From: Chloroflexota bacterium
GTDB lineage: Bacteria > Chloroflexota > Dehalococcoidia > Lucifugimonadales > SAR202-VII-2
DNA length: 64,000 nucleotides
Reading direction: 5' to 3'
Assembly: GCA_003228115.1 (NCBI GenBank)
Contig: QEVV01000007.1
Span: 166 to 64,165 of the forward strand
Shown here: piece by piece, positions 1-10,263 of the stretch
How the letters are laid out: each line of letters starts with the position of its first letter
How positions within the stretch are numbered: position 1 is the stretch's first letter
Position numbers and translations under genes: made by a program
The notes under the pieces: generated by a model
Told to the model about the DNA's origin: nothing
What the model saw: the letters and a program-made list of their open reading frames with translations, nothing else
Database searches by the model: none

Positions 1-1268
1 CCGATTCGCAGCCTAAAGCAACAGACACTCCGATTCCGGCTGCAGCTCCCACTCTCGGCGACACCGAAAACCCACAGCCTACAGCACAAGCAACGAACGC
101 TCCCACGTCATTGCCCACGAGCACCCCAACTGTCCCCGCTTCCTCGCCATTGCCCGCAAACACCCCCACTGTCACCCCCCCGCCGCCAACACCCATAACG
201 GGAGATAGAGAAGAAGCAGGCCTGTTTTTCAGGATCTTTGGATTCACGACAGACTTCAACATCCACAGCGTGCCATTTCAAGAGGTTTCTTGGGGTGGGC
301 AGCCCAGGGACGGGATACCCGCAATCGACGAGCCCAAGTACCAGTCAGTTGCTGAGGGGGACCAATGGCTGCAAGATCAAGAAGCGGTGTTGCTCCTGGA
401 CATTGAAGGCGATGTCAGGGCCTATCCTATCCAAATCCTCATTTGGCACGAACTGGTGAACGACATTGTGGGCGGCAAGCCGGTTTCGGTGAGCTACTGT
501 CCCCTTTGCAACACAGCCATCGTCTTCGATACAACTCTTGAGGACGGAAGAGTGTTGGATTTCGGCACAACCGGCAACCTCCGCAATAGCGATCTTGTGA
601 TGTATGACCGGCAAACAGAGTCCTGGTGGCAACAGATCACCGGAGAGGCCATCATCGGAGAGCTCACCGGTACCAAGCTGGACTTCATCCCGGCACCCCT
701 GGTCTCCTGGAAGGACTTCATGGAAGCTCATCCTGATGGACAGGTGCTTTCCAGAGAGACGGGATTCCAGCGGGCCTACGGTCGGCAGCCCTACATCCTG
801 TATGACTCTTCAGACCCATTCCTCTTTAGTGGAGACGTGGACGAGCGCCTGCGGGCAACCGAAAGGGTCGCTACGGTGTCGTCTGGTGACGTAGACGTGG
901 CGTTCCCGTTCTCGGTGCTAGAAATGGAGCCCGTAGTCCATTTTGACCTGTCTGGCCAGGACATCGTGGTCTTCTTCAAAAAGGGAACGGCTTCCGCCCT
1001 GGATGCAAGCACCGTCGCCGGCGGGAAGGACGTAGGCTCGACGGGCGTTTACCAGGCAGAGGCGGGCGGACGAGCCCTGACCTTCAGGGCGGAGGGCGAC
1101 CTATTCATTGACAATGAAACGGGGAGCACATGGACGTTGCTAGGGAAAAGCATCGAAGGGCCATTGAAAGGCGAGAAGCTGGAGGCGGTGGTGCATCACA
1201 ACCCTTTGTGGTTTGCCTGGGCCGTCTTCAAGCCTGACACGATTCTCTACCTTGGCGCAGGGGCCTAG
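1..1268 (+). CDS. DUF3179-family secreted protein, 5' end cut by window edge
   Basis: The frame of track ORF 111..1268 stays open back to nt 3. A Pro/Thr-rich linker is followed by the core 'GGQPRDGIPAIDEPKY...YCPLCNT', typical of DUF3179. Confidence 0.8.
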   Translation, partial: DSQPKATDTPIPAAAPTLGDTENPQPTAQATNAPTSLPTSTPTVPASSPLPANTPTVTPPPPTPITGDREEAGLFFRIFGFTTDFNIHSVPFQEVSWGGQPRDGIPAIDEPKYQSVAEGDQWLQDQEAVLLLDIEGDVRAYPIQILIWHELVNDIVGGKPVSVSYCPLCNTAIVFDTTLEDGRVLDFGTTGNLRNSDLVMYDRQTESWWQQITGEAIIGELTGTKLDFIPAPLVSWKDFMEAHPDGQVLSRETGFQRAYGRQPYILYDSSDPFLFSGDVDERLRATERVATVSSGDVDVAFPFSVLEMEPVVHFDLSGQDIVVFFKKGTASALDASTVAGGKDVGSTGVYQAEAGGRALTFRAEGDLFIDNETGSTWTLLGKSIEGPLKGEKLEAVVHHNPLWFAWAVFKPDTILYLGAGA

Positions 1269-1276
1269 GGCCCTTA

Positions 1277-1715
1277 CTAAGGCATACGACCAGTGCACCC
1301 TAGCCACCCGGCTGCACGACCTTGTCGAAAAGCAGGGTAGGGTCGTTGACCCAGGAAAAGGCTAGCACAAACCCGTTGGGGTCCGTCACCCTCACTCCAA
1401 TGGCAATTCCAGGTAGAGTTGATTCGGGGCCCTCCACCGGCACGCCTGTACGGCGCACTCACCCTGCAAATGACCTCCACTCCGTTTTCCACATTCAAGC
1501 AGATAATTACACCAAGCCCTCTAACCTCGCCTGTTTCGCCTGAGCCCGCCCCCACCAACATGAGGTCCTAATGCCGGCGCGGCCGCAGGTGGTTCATGAC
1601 CTGTCAGTTTCTCGGCCCGGGCAATAGGTGAAGCGAACGGAAGCCGAGCGCCCCTTGTTGCCATGCTGCCTACACTGTTGACGTCTTCCACAGCCAACTT
1701 GAGCAACAGGGGCAT
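1277..1715 (-). pseudogene. Degraded VOC/glyoxalase-family gene (several frameshifts)
   Basis: A strong SD (GGGAGGAAG) and ATG at 1715 are intact. VOC-like segments lie in different frames: 'LKLAVEDVNS', 'AAWQQGALGF', 'GLGVIICLNVENGVEVICR' and 'GVRVTDPNGFVLAFSW'. Confidence 0.35.
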
Positions 1716-1793
1716 GGCATAGAATTCTTCCTCCCTCTGTTCTGTAGCATGCTCCTTGTGGGAATATCTTCGTCAGCTACGGCCCCTATAAAG

Positions 1794-1827
1794 AAACGAG
1801 GGACTGCCATACGGCAGCCCCTCGTTT
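1794..1827 (-). terminator. Rho-independent terminator after rpsI
   Basis: 15-bp stem with one mismatch (aaacgagggactgcc / ggcagcccctcgttt) and a 4-nt loop. On the minus strand it is followed by CUUUAU, about 20 nt past the rpsI stop. Confidence 0.6.
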
Positions 1828-1848
1828 AAACGTGCAGGTGGTGAGGCT

Positions 1849-2256
1849 CTAGCGCTTGGTGTACTGCTGAGCCCTTCGAGCCCGCTTCAGCCCGTACTTC
1901 TTGCTTTCCTTGATTCGGGAGTCCCGAGTCAGGAGTCCGTTCTTACGTAGCAAAGATTTGTATTGCTCTTCGTCCGCCCGTACCAGCGCCCTAGCGATGC
2001 CTAGGCTCGTTGCGCCGGCTTGGCCGTGAATGCCACCACCGTGAACCTTGGCCACAACATTGTACTGGCCCTGAGTTCCGGTAACCCTAAGGGAGGCAGC
2101 AATCTCACTGCGCCAGACCTCAAGGGGAAAGTAGTCATCGAAGGGCCTATTGTTGATGACAAAGCTTCCGTCACCAGGATAGAGCCGCACTTGGGCTATG
2201 GCGTTCTTCCGGCGGCCGGTGCCGTAGTGGTAATGGGCGGTGGTATCAGTTGTCAT
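1849..2256 (-). CDS. rpsI: 30S ribosomal protein S9
   Basis: 135 aa with the conserved uS9 C-terminus '...RDSRIKESKKYGLKRARRAQQYTKR'. It directly follows rplM. Confidence 0.97.
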   Translation of the reverse strand: MTTDTTAHYHYGTGRRKNAIAQVRLYPGDGSFVINNRPFDDYFPLEVWRSEIAASLRVTGTQGQYNVVAKVHGGGIHGQAGATSLGIARALVRADEEQYKSLLRKNGLLTRDSRIKESKKYGLKRARRAQQYTKR

Positions 2257-2257
2257 T

Positions 2258-3058
2258 TTAGGCCTTTTCCTCTTCAGTCTCCTCGGTGGCTTCTGCGTCT
2301 ACCGGTTCGTCAGTAGGCGCTTCATTCTCTTGCTCAACCTCAGGCTCTGCCTGCTCGGCGGCTGGTTCCTCCGGGGCCTCAGCAACAGGTTGCTCTTCGG
2401 CCATAGCAACAGGCTGGTCTTCAACCTCGGCCGCAGTCTCTTCCGAGCTCACTGCCTCCTGAGCTTCATCTACAGCTTGCACTTCAACGGGTGCAACTTC
2501 CTCCACTGCGCCGCTCTCTTCAAGCTCTGCAGCGGCTGCAACTACCGCTTCCTCAACGGGAGGCTTTACCCTGCTGGCGTGCTTCTTTCTGCGTACAGCC
2601 AGGGGGCGCTGGGGCGTGCGCAGGTTGGCCCGTTCGCCACCCAACACCTGTGCCTGGTGCGGGTGTTCAGGCCCCACGTAAATCTTCAGTCTACTGAGCA
2701 TCAGGTCGCCAAGGGAGTTTTTCGGGAGCATACCCTTGACCGCCTTTTGGATCACCCGCTCAGGGTGATCTTCCAGCATCTTCCAAAGGGGAATTTCCTT
2801 GAGATGCCCCATGTACCCGGTGTGGTGGTAGTAAATCTTTTGCTCACGCTTTCGGCCGCTCGTGGCCACCTTCTCGGCGTTGACAATGATGATGTAGTCG
2901 CCTGTGAGCATGTGCCGAGCATAGCCAGCCTTGTGCTTACCCTGCAGGATCCCGGCAATGCTAGTTGCCAGGCGGCCAAGCACCTGCCCCTCGGCGTCAA
3001 AGACATGCCAGGTGCTTGATATATCTGAGGGTTTTGGACTGTACGTCTTCTGAACCAT
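2258..3058 (-). CDS. rplM: 50S ribosomal protein L13 with ~120-aa acidic C-terminal extension
   Basis: The first ~145 aa are uL13 ('KTYSPKPSDISSTWHVFDAEGQVLGRLA...'). The rest is an E/A/V/P-rich tail. Confidence 0.95.
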   Translation of the reverse strand: MVQKTYSPKPSDISSTWHVFDAEGQVLGRLATSIAGILQGKHKAGYARHMLTGDYIIIVNAEKVATSGRKREQKIYYHHTGYMGHLKEIPLWKMLEDHPERVIQKAVKGMLPKNSLGDLMLSRLKIYVGPEHPHQAQVLGGERANLRTPQRPLAVRRKKHASRVKPPVEEAVVAAAAELEESGAVEEVAPVEVQAVDEAQEAVSSEETAAEVEDQPVAMAEEQPVAEAPEEPAAEQAEPEVEQENEAPTDEPVDAEATEETEEEKA

Positions 3059-3130
3059 AGAACTATTTCCTTGTACCTTCGCGTGCCTGCAGCGAATGTT
3101 CCTTCACTGCTGCCGCCCTTCGTTTGATGC

Positions 3131-3976
3131 TTAGGTATCCGATTCTTTCTCATCCGATTTCGGAAATGCCAGGCTACCTGGAGGCCACCCCTCCATCGCA
3201 ACCGTTGGCAGATCTTGATAATCAACTGCCATTAAGCATAGGCCTTGGGCTGGCAGCGACGGCCCCGCCAAACCCGCCGTTGCTGCATCCTTTATTCGGC
3301 GGAAGTCCTCAATGCTGAGCCTTCCGATTCCCACCTTGACTAAGGTTCCCACCGTTCGTCGCACCTGTCCTTGGAGAAAGGCCGTGGCCTCGATCAGCAG
3401 GAGGACCAAATCCCCTCTGCGCACCACTCTGCAACGATGAACCGTCCTAATCGAGGTTCTGCCCACATCCAAGGGACCGCTGAATGAAGCAACATCCAAC
3501 TGGCCCTCAAGCTCCCTAGCCGCCGCATCCATGGCCCTCACGGACAAATCCTTTGTCACGTGATGCGTGAAGCGGCGCAACAGCGACGACGGTTCACCCC
3601 TGTTAAGGATGGCGTAGCAGTACGTCCTAGACCGGGCGTCGCGCCTGGGATCGAAGTCGATAGCCATTTGATAGGCAGCGCGAACCCTGATATCGACTGG
3701 CAGGCGGGCATTGAGAGCCTGCACAAAGGTTTCGGACGGGTAGGGCGCTGACGTCGCAAAAGCTGCGACCTGACCCAAGGCATGAACCCCGGCGTCAGTC
3801 CGGCCTGCCATATAAACTCTTGTAAAGGTGCGAGTGAACTGATCCAGGGCTCGTTCTAATTCGCCCTGAATCGTGGGGTCGGAGCCTTGAAGCTGCGAAC
3901 CCAGGTATTCAGTTCCGTCGTATTCAATCCTAAGGGCGATCCGTCTCCTCGATGCATCGAGGGGTTGATCATTCAC
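3131..3976 (-). CDS. truA: tRNA pseudouridine(38-40) synthase TruA
   Basis: 'RIALRIEYDGTEYLGSQLQ' and the catalytic motif 'GRTDAGVHALGQV'. Confidence 0.93.
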   Translation of the reverse strand: MNDQPLDASRRRIALRIEYDGTEYLGSQLQGSDPTIQGELERALDQFTRTFTRVYMAGRTDAGVHALGQVAAFATSAPYPSETFVQALNARLPVDIRVRAAYQMAIDFDPRRDARSRTYCYAILNRGEPSSLLRRFTHHVTKDLSVRAMDAAARELEGQLDVASFSGPLDVGRTSIRTVHRCRVVRRGDLVLLLIEATAFLQGQVRRTVGTLVKVGIGRLSIEDFRRIKDAATAGLAGPSLPAQGLCLMAVDYQDLPTVAMEGWPPGSLAFPKSDEKESDT

Positions 3977-3982
3977 GCCGAA

Positions 3983-4336
3983 CTATTCCACGAACTCCAA
4001 TTGAACTATCGGAGCAGCGTCACCCTTTCGAAAACCGATCTTCGTAATTCGAGTGTAACCACCGTTACGCGTCTCGAAGCGGGGACCCAGTTCGTCGAAA
4101 AGCTTCTTCACGATGCTCTTGCGGGGCAGCTTCGATAAAGCTTGACGCCGATGGTGCAACGTTCCTTTCTTCGCCAACGTTACCAGCGATTCGGCAAAAG
4201 GCCGCGCTTCCTTGGCCTTCGCTTCAGTGGTGCGAATGCGTTCGTGCTCAATAAGTGAGGCCACGAGGTTTCGCAATAGTGCTTTGCGAGGTGCGGACGT
4301 TCGCCCTAAGCGGCGTCCCGCTACTCTATGAATCAT
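3983..4336 (-). CDS. rplQ: 50S ribosomal protein L17
   Basis: 117 aa with the bL17 signature '[22 protein letters not shown]'. It follows rpoA with a 4-nt overlap. Confidence 0.97.
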   Translation of the reverse strand: MIHRVAGRRLGRTSAPRKALLRNLVASLIEHERIRTTEAKAKEARPFAESLVTLAKKGTLHHRRQALSKLPRKSIVKKLFDELGPRFETRNGGYTRITKIGFRKGDAAPIVQLEFVE

Positions 4337-5394
4337 TCCGATTTCTCCTCAGCGGAGGGCTCGTCCTGCCCGTCTTCGGTCACAGTTGCCACCGTCCCGC
4401 TGTCCTCTACCTCAAGTTCAATTTCTGCTGATACTTCAGCTTCGCCTTCTGGGGCCACCAGCCCAAGCTCCTCCAGCTCCTTGTACACCTCTTGCATCGA
4501 CTTCGCGCCGAAGTTTCGGGTCTTCAGAAGCGCCTGCTTGGGCATTTCCAGAATCTCACCGACTTTGTTTAGTCCTGCCCGCTTCAAGCTATTCACGGTA
4601 CGGGAAGTCAGGTTGAGTTTCTCAACTGGCATGTTGTACTGCTCGGCAGGGACTGAAGAAGCTACTACCGAGCCTTCTTCGCCTTCAGCCGCGGCTACAT
4701 TTACCAGCAATGCAAAGTGGTCGCCTATCACACCGGCGGCGGTCCGCATTGCCTCTAGAGGCCCTATCGTCCCATCGGTCAAGACCTCAACCACCAGACG
4801 CTCGTAGTCAGTGAACTGCCCCACACGCGTGTGTTCCACTGTGTAGTTCACCTTCCGCACGGGGCTGAAGATGGCGTCCACCGGGACTATGCCGATCGGC
4901 ATGCCATCAACCGCTTCAGCGGGCTGATAGCCCTTGCCATGCTCTACGTTGAACTGAACGGACAGCTTGGCGTCTGGAGAGTCCAGTGTGGCAAGCCTGA
5001 GGTCCGGATTGACGATCTCAAAATCCGGAGGAACGATGATGTCCCTAGCAAAAACTTCCGTCTGCCCTTCAGCGTCAAGTTGAAGAGTACCGGGCCGGTC
5101 AGAGAGGGCCCGGATGCGGAGAGATTTCACGTTCAAGATAAATTCTTGGACGTCTTCCCTGACATGAGGGATAGCCGTATATTCGTGAAGAAGGCCCTCT
5201 ATGCGAATCCATGTCACAGCTGCGCCAGGAACGCCACTTAGCAGCATTCGGCGCAACGGGTTGCCCAGGGAGGTGGCAAAACCACGCTCCAGAGGCTCTA
5301 CGGTGAACTTCGCGTAGGTATCCGTACTTTGAAGCGTAATTACTTCGGGACGAGGCATCCCATTGGTGACCATGCTTTCTGCAATCCTCCCCAC
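4333..5394 (-). CDS. rpoA: DNA-directed RNA polymerase alpha subunit with ~40-aa acidic tail
   Basis: N-terminal assembly domain and CTD ('[23 protein letters not shown]'). The C-terminus '...[36 protein letters not shown]' is extra. Confidence 0.96.
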   Translation of the reverse strand: MGRIAESMVTNGMPRPEVITLQSTDTYAKFTVEPLERGFATSLGNPLRRMLLSGVPGAAVTWIRIEGLLHEYTAIPHVREDVQEFILNVKSLRIRALSDRPGTLQLDAEGQTEVFARDIIVPPDFEIVNPDLRLATLDSPDAKLSVQFNVEHGKGYQPAEAVDGMPIGIVPVDAIFSPVRKVNYTVEHTRVGQFTDYERLVVEVLTDGTIGPLEAMRTAAGVIGDHFALLVNVAAAEGEEGSVVASSVPAEQYNMPVEKLNLTSRTVNSLKRAGLNKVGEILEMPKQALLKTRNFGAKSMQEVYKELEELGLVAPEGEAEVSAEIELEVEDSGTVATVTEDGQDEPSAEEKSE

Positions 5395-5443
5395 GAACCG
5401 GTCGGTTGGTCGCGTACTATTGTTGTGGATGACCTCGGAAAGA

Positions 5444-6070
5444 CTACCGGGAGTAGTACTCCACGATGAGCCTGGTATCTACTCTAGTGTCAACTTCTTG
5501 TGGGTCAGGGACGGAATAGACCTTCCCGGTAAGCGCCTCCGTGTCTATGCCCAGCCAGCTTGGAGGCGTCCTTTTCAGGCTGCCCTCTTTGAGAATCTTG
5601 AAGTACTCACTCTTGGTGCTGGTCTCATACCAGGCGATGGAGTCGCCTGCTTTGACTAGGTATGACGGGATGTCCGTCTTCCTGTCGTTAACCTTGAAAT
5701 GGCCGTGATTCACCAGCTGTCTCGCTTGGCTGCGGGAGTCAGCGAATCCCAACCTGAAAACGACGTTGTCCAGGCGGCTCTCCAACATTTGCAAAAGCAA
5801 CTGCCCGGTGACACCAGGCTTCCGCCGTGCCTCTTGCATGTAGTTGCTGAACTGGCGCTCCAAGATCCCATAGATCTGACGCAGCTTCTGCTTCTCGCGA
5901 AGTTGTACGGCCCGGTCGGACTGCCGACGGCGGCGGGGAGACTGTTCCCCGGGAGCGCGACGGCGCTTTTCAATGGCGCACTTGGAAGAAAAGCAACGCT
6001 CCCCTTTTAGGAAGAGCTTTTCCCCTGCGCGCCTGCAGAATCGACAAACTGGTCCAGTGTAATGTGCCAT
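5444..6070 (-). CDS. rpsD: 30S ribosomal protein S4 (Cys4 zinc form)
   Basis: 'CRFCRR...CFSSKC' N-terminal Cys4 and the S4 RNA-binding domain '[12 protein letters not shown]'. Confidence 0.97.
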   Translation of the reverse strand: MAHYTGPVCRFCRRAGEKLFLKGERCFSSKCAIEKRRRAPGEQSPRRRRQSDRAVQLREKQKLRQIYGILERQFSNYMQEARRKPGVTGQLLLQMLESRLDNVVFRLGFADSRSQARQLVNHGHFKVNDRKTDIPSYLVKAGDSIAWYETSTKSEYFKILKEGSLKRTPPSWLGIDTEALTGKVYSVPDPQEVDTRVDTRLIVEYYSR

Positions 6071-6088
6071 ATTGCTGGTGGGATCTCC

Positions 6089-6478
6089 TTAAACCCGGCG
6101 CTGCTTAGGTGGCCGGCATCCATTGTGAGGGATTGGGGTGACGTCAACTATGCCGGTCACATGCAGACCGGCCGCCTGAAGGGCCCGAATGGCGGCCTCG
6201 CGGCCTGCCCCAGCGCCCTTGACGAACACCTCAATCTGATGCAATCCGTGTTCCATCGCTTTGCGAGCTGCGGCCTCTGCCGCGCGTTGGCCAGCAAAAG
6301 CCGTGCCCTTGCGGGAGCCCTTGAAGCCTACGGTGCCTGAACTGCTCCAAGAGATAACGTTCCCCTGAGGGTCGGTCAACGTGATGAGCGAGTTGTTAAA
6401 AGTCGACTGAACGTAAGCCCTCCCAACAGGGACTACCTTTCGTTCACGACGACGGGTTCTTGTGCGCTGGCGTGCCAT
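6089..6478 (-). CDS. rpsK: 30S ribosomal protein S11
   Basis: uS11 sequence starts at ATG 6478 ('[29 protein letters not shown]...'). The 226-aa track ORF is an in-frame over-extension into rpsM. Confidence 0.96.
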   Translation of the reverse strand: MARQRTRTRRRERKVVPVGRAYVQSTFNNSLITLTDPQGNVISWSSSGTVGFKGSRKGTAFAGQRAAEAAARKAMEHGLHQIEVFVKGAGAGREAAIRALQAAGLHVTGIVDVTPIPHNGCRPPKQRRV

Positions 6479-6494
6479 AAATCTCCTGTAGGTA

Positions 6495-6878
6495 CTACTT
6501 CTTCGCGAAAGTCCGGCGCCGTCCAGCAACCGTCTTCTTGGAGCCCCGGCGGGTCCGTGCATTAGTACGGGTCTGCTGTCCACGGACCGGCAAATTTTGC
6601 CGGTGACGCAGCCCACGGTAAGTTCCGATGTCGATGAGCCTTCGGATGTTAAGGTTGACCTCTCGGCGCAGGTCCCCCTCAACGACATAGTCCTTATCGA
6701 TAACCTCGCGAATGCGAGCCAATTCCTGATCTGACAACTGGGAGATCCTCGGGTTGCCCTCGATACCAAGCTTGGTCACGATTTGACTTGAACGGGTAGG
6801 GCCGATGCCGTATACCCGCCGCAAGGCAATTTCGACTCGCTTGTTGTCAGGAACGTTGACGCCTGCAATCAATGCCAT
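6495..6878 (-). CDS. rpsM: 30S ribosomal protein S13
   Basis: 127 aa, '[25 protein letters not shown]...' matches uS13. Confidence 0.97.
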   Translation of the reverse strand: MALIAGVNVPDNKRVEIALRRVYGIGPTRSSQIVTKLGIEGNPRISQLSDQELARIREVIDKDYVVEGDLRREVNLNIRRLIDIGTYRGLRHRQNLPVRGQQTRTNARTRRGSKKTVAGRRRTFAKK

Positions 6879-6888
6879 GAGTCTTCTC

Positions 6889-7002
6889 CTATCCTTGCCG
6901 CTGGCGGTGCCGTGGGTTCTCGCACAGAACCCGCACTACACCCTTTCGACGGATGACCTTACACTTGTCGCATATTTGTTTCGCCGAACTTCGAACTTTC
7001 AT
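6889..7002 (-). CDS. rpmJ: 50S ribosomal protein L36
   Basis: Too short for the ORF track. Manual minus-strand translation from ATG 7002 gives [37 protein letters not shown], with the C3H zinc motif. Confidence 0.95.
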   Translation of the reverse strand: MKVRSSAKQICDKCKVIRRKGVVRVLCENPRHRQRQG

Positions 7003-7035
7003 AGCTACTGTCCTCTAAATAAGTGAACGAACCGC

Positions 7036-7254
7036 CTACTTGAACCGGTAGGTAATTCGGCCGCGAGTAAGATCATAAGGGGAGAGTTCCACTAGAACTC
7101 GATCGCCTGGCAGAACGCGAATGAAGTGTTGGCGTATCTTGCCGGAAGCGTGGGCCAGAACCAAATGGCCGTTGGCCAACTCCACCCGGAAGGACGCATT
7201 GGGCAGCGATATTGTCACTACCCCTTCAACCTCAATGCTTTCTTTCTTCGCCAT
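7036..7254 (-). CDS. infA: Translation initiation factor IF-1
   Basis: 72 aa with the S1-like fold sequence '[35 protein letters not shown]'. Confidence 0.97.
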   Translation of the reverse strand: MAKKESIEVEGVVTISLPNASFRVELANGHLVLAHASGKIRQHFIRVLPGDRVLVELSPYDLTRGRITYRFK

Positions 7255-7269
7255 CGACCTCCTAGTACC

Positions 7270-8103
7270 CTAGAAACTTCCTTCGTCTTTGCGTCGGGTC
7301 ACTACCTCTGCCTCGCCGTCCGTAATAATCATTGTGTGTTCAAAGTGGGCGGAAAGCTTCCCGTCCGCGGTCAACACCGTCCAACCGTCGTCGAGCATCC
7401 TCGTGCGCCATGTACCCAAGTTGACCATGGGCTCAATGGCTATTGCCATCCCTGGCCTCAGCAAAGCCCCGCGACTGGAACCAGCGTAATTGGGTATCTG
7501 AGGTTCTTCGTGCAGCCTGCGACCAATGCCATGCCCCACGTATTCTCGCACCACGCCATACTGGCCCTGCGTGGCCACATAACCCTCGATAGCTATGCCG
7601 ATGTCTCCCACCCTTGCACCGCCACGGCTGGCCTTAATGCCAGCCTCCAAACTAAGACGCGTAACCCTGAGAAGTTCTTCCTGCTCCTCGGCGATCTTGC
7701 CAACCCCCACCGTTACCGCTGAGTCAGCATGGATCCCGTCGACTATAGCTCCACAATCCAGCTTCACGATGTCCCCATCACGGAGCACCTTGTCACCAGG
7801 TATCCCGTGAACGATCTCCTCGTTGATGGACGTGCAAATCGTGGCTGGAAACCCTCTGTACCCAAGAAATGATGGCTTGGCGCCGTGCCGAGCCATTTCA
7901 GTCCTGGATATGACATCCAGAGCCTCAGTGGTTATACCCGGCCGCACCGCGCCCATCAGCGCCTCAATAGTCCAGGCGACGACGCGCCCAGCCCGCCTCA
8001 TCGCATCAAGCTCACGAGCCGATTTGACAGTAATACCGTCTTGTTGTTCCGCGGTAGCGGTAAATACGAAGCTATTATTCATGACGCCAAAATACCCCGC
8101 CAA
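7270..8103 (-). CDS. map: Type I methionine aminopeptidase
   Basis: MetAP metal-site contexts 'DIVKLDCGAIVDGIHADSA', 'VGHGIG' and 'AIEPMV'. TTG 8103 has GGAG 8 nt upstream; ATG 8082 is an alternative start. Confidence 0.93.
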   Translation of the reverse strand: MAGYFGVMNNSFVFTATAEQQDGITVKSARELDAMRRAGRVVAWTIEALMGAVRPGITTEALDVISRTEMARHGAKPSFLGYRGFPATICTSINEEIVHGIPGDKVLRDGDIVKLDCGAIVDGIHADSAVTVGVGKIAEEQEELLRVTRLSLEAGIKASRGGARVGDIGIAIEGYVATQGQYGVVREYVGHGIGRRLHEEPQIPNYAGSSRGALLRPGMAIAIEPMVNLGTWRTRMLDDGWTVLTADGKLSAHFEHTMIITDGEAEVVTRRKDEGSF

Positions 8104-8141
8104 TAGCGTAACTCCGCTTTGGGCGGGGACACGTGCCTACT

Positions 8142-8170
8142 ATTGTACTCAATATTGTCGGAAAGTCCAA
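8142..8170 (-). promoter_or_regulatory. Sigma70-like internal promoter upstream of map
   Basis: Minus strand reads TTGGAC, a 17-nt spacer, then TACAAT. It sits in the 168-nt adk-map gap. Confidence 0.5.
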
Positions 8171-8271
8171 AATCTAGTTCATTGCCCCTTTCCAAGTGGC
8201 TGAAGATCCAACTGCCAAGGCGCTCGATCATGCTCCTCGCCGTTCTCAGCCTCGCGCCTAAATGGGGCCCG

Positions 8272-8913
8272 CTAGACTAGCGCAGCCACCAACTCACGCG
8301 CTACTAATTCAATCGGTTGCTCTCCGTTGACCCTTCGTAGCGTGCCCTTGTTCTCGTAATACCCAACCAGGGGAGCCGTCTGAGCGGTGTACACCTGAAT
8401 GCGGACCTTCACTTTGTCAGGGGCATCATCCGCCCTCTGCTCCAACTCACCGCCGCATTCGTCACAGATGCCGTCCTTCTTAGAAGGCGCCTCAGTGAGG
8501 TTATACGGCCTTTGGCAGCCCCGACACACCCTTCGCCCACTCAGTCGCTTAACCAACTCTTGTTCCGAAACATCAATGAGCAAGGCTCGGTCGATTGCTT
8601 GGTCTTGCGTTGCCAGCGCTCCGTCTAAGGCTTCCGCCTGAGCTGTCGTACGTGGAAAGCCGTCTAGGACCACCCCGCTCGCACAATCAGGTCGGGCCAT
8701 GCGTTCAAGTACCATTGCGATGGTGACATCGTCTGGCACCAACTGACCCTGGTTCATGTATTGCTTGGCCAAGGTCCCCAGCTCAGTGCCCTGGCCCACG
8801 TTCTCGCGGAAGATGTCCCCGGTAGCTACATGCGGTACACCCAAATGGGCAGCGACAGTCCCTGCCTGGGTACCCTTTCCCGCCCCAGGCGGACCTAACA
8901 AGATTACTCGCAC
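8272..8913 (-). CDS. adk: Adenylate kinase (zinc-lid form)
   Basis: P-loop 'LLGPPGAGKGTQA' and lid Cys4 'CRGC...CDEC'. Confidence 0.96.
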   Translation of the reverse strand: MRVILLGPPGAGKGTQAGTVAAHLGVPHVATGDIFRENVGQGTELGTLAKQYMNQGQLVPDDVTIAMVLERMARPDCASGVVLDGFPRTTAQAEALDGALATQDQAIDRALLIDVSEQELVKRLSGRRVCRGCQRPYNLTEAPSKKDGICDECGGELEQRADDAPDKVKVRIQVYTAQTAPLVGYYENKGTLRRVNGEQPIELVARELVAALV

Positions 8914-8916
8914 GAG

Positions 8917-10263
8917 CTACCTTAGGAATCCTTCGTAGTTTCTCATCAGCAGCTGCGCCTCTAACTGGCGCATGGTATCCAAGGCCACACCAACCAAAAT
9001 CAGGAGCGCCGTGCTGGACAGCGTCAGAGCGTTAATATCTGTAATGAGACTTGCTAAATACGGCGCAACAGCCACAAAGCCTAGGAAGAAAGCGCCTCCC
9101 CAGGTCACTCTGAGAATGATCCTGTTGAGGTAGTCGCTTGTGGGCTTCCCGGGCCGTATGCCCGGTATGAATCCCCCGTTGCGCTGGAGATTCTTGGCTA
9201 AGTCTTGCTGCTGAAAGACGACGATCGTATAGAAAAAGGCAAAGGCGACAACCAGCACGAAAATGGCGCCCCAGTAAACGGGTCCCGTTGAATTGAAAAG
9301 ATTGAATACGGCTAGAGATACCCTCGATATGATCGAAGGGTCGCCGGGTTGGGCAAAGTAGCTTGCGATCGTGCCTGGCAGAATAACGACTGAGAAAGCG
9401 AAAATCAAAGGAATCATGCCTGCGGAATTAACGCGAATAGGCAAGTGGGTAGCGCCACCTTGACGATACATGCGTCCACCTTGGAAGACACTTCGCCCGT
9501 ATTGGACAGGAATTCTCCGTTCCGCCTCGTTGAACATCACGATGAGGTAGATCAACCCCAATCCGATAACAATGAAGAACAACAAGCCCGTTATGTTGCC
9601 CCGGCTCAGATAGCCTTGTTGGATCAACTGGGGAAAGCCAGCGACGACCCCAGCAAAGATAATGAGCGATATGCCGTTGCCGATACCCCGTTCAGTAACC
9701 AATTCACCCATCCACACGAGCAACATAGTTCCCGCCGCAAGCCCCAAAATAATGGCAAGCGACGTTAATATCTCAGCCCCTGAAAATGACAGTCCCCCAA
9801 AAACCCCTGACTGTTGGAGTAGCAACAACTGCCCGTACCCTTGAGCCATAGCCACCGGCACGGCTAGTAGATGAGTGATCTGGTTGACGCGCTGCCGACC
9901 CCACTCACCCTCTTGGGAAAGGTTCTTCAGTCCAGGAATGACCGGGACCATGAGCTGCATGACAATGGAAGCGGTGATGTAGGGGTACACGCCCAGCGCT
10001 GCGATGCTGAGGTTGCGCAAAGCTCCGCCGCTGAAAATATCCAGCAGGCCGAAGAGCTGATTGTTAGGGTCGTTGAAGAAACCCGCCAAGGCCTCGCGAT
10101 CCGCACCAGGAACGGGGACATGTGCGATGAGCCTGAACAAGACCAGAATCATGATCGTAAACAGGATTCTGGAGCGTAGATCAGGCACCCGGAAGGCGTC
10201 AATCATCGCTTGAAGCAGGGCAGGGCGCCCCGTTTGTTGACGGGCGGAGGAAGCCGGACGCAT
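8917..10263 (-). CDS. secY: Preprotein translocase subunit SecY
   Basis: 448-aa polytopic membrane protein at the canonical rplO-secY-adk position. Its ATG overlaps the rplO stop (TAATG). Confidence 0.96.
   Translation of the reverse strand: MRPASSARQQTGRPALLQAMIDAFRVPDLRSRILFTIMILVLFRLIAHVPVPGADREALAGFFNDPNNQLFGLLDIFSGGALRNLSIAALGVYPYITASIVMQLMVPVIPGLKNLSQEGEWGRQRVNQITHLLAVPVAMAQGYGQLLLLQQSGVFGGLSFSGAEILTSLAIILGLAAGTMLLVWMGELVTERGIGNGISLIIFAGVVAGFPQLIQQGYLSRGNITGLLFFIVIGLGLIYLIVMFNEAERRIPVQYGRSVFQGGRMYRQGGATHLPIRVNSAGMIPLIFAFSVVILPGTIASYFAQPGDPSIISRVSLAVFNLFNSTGPVYWGAIFVLVVAFAFFYTIVVFQQQDLAKNLQRNGGFIPGIRPGKPTSDYLNRIILRVTWGGAFFLGFVAVAPYLASLITDINALTLSSTALLILVGVALDTMRQLEAQLLMRNYEGFLR

Noticed and set aside
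2240-3019. 259-aa plus-strand ORF antisense to rplM. Similar long antisense ORFs occur at 14373..15197, 21040..22728, 25320..26063, 25949..26767 and 33641..34063.
   Set aside because: Each lies opposite a confidently identified gene. All are low-complexity (Leu/Ser/Arg/Gly-rich) and lack SD sequences. They are a typical GC-rich or repeat-driven antisense artefact.
6479-6769. 97-codon N-terminal extension of the S11 ORF in the track.
   Set aside because: It overlaps rpsM in another frame and has no similarity to uS11. The canonical uS11 N-terminus begins at ATG 6478, 16 nt after the rpsM stop.
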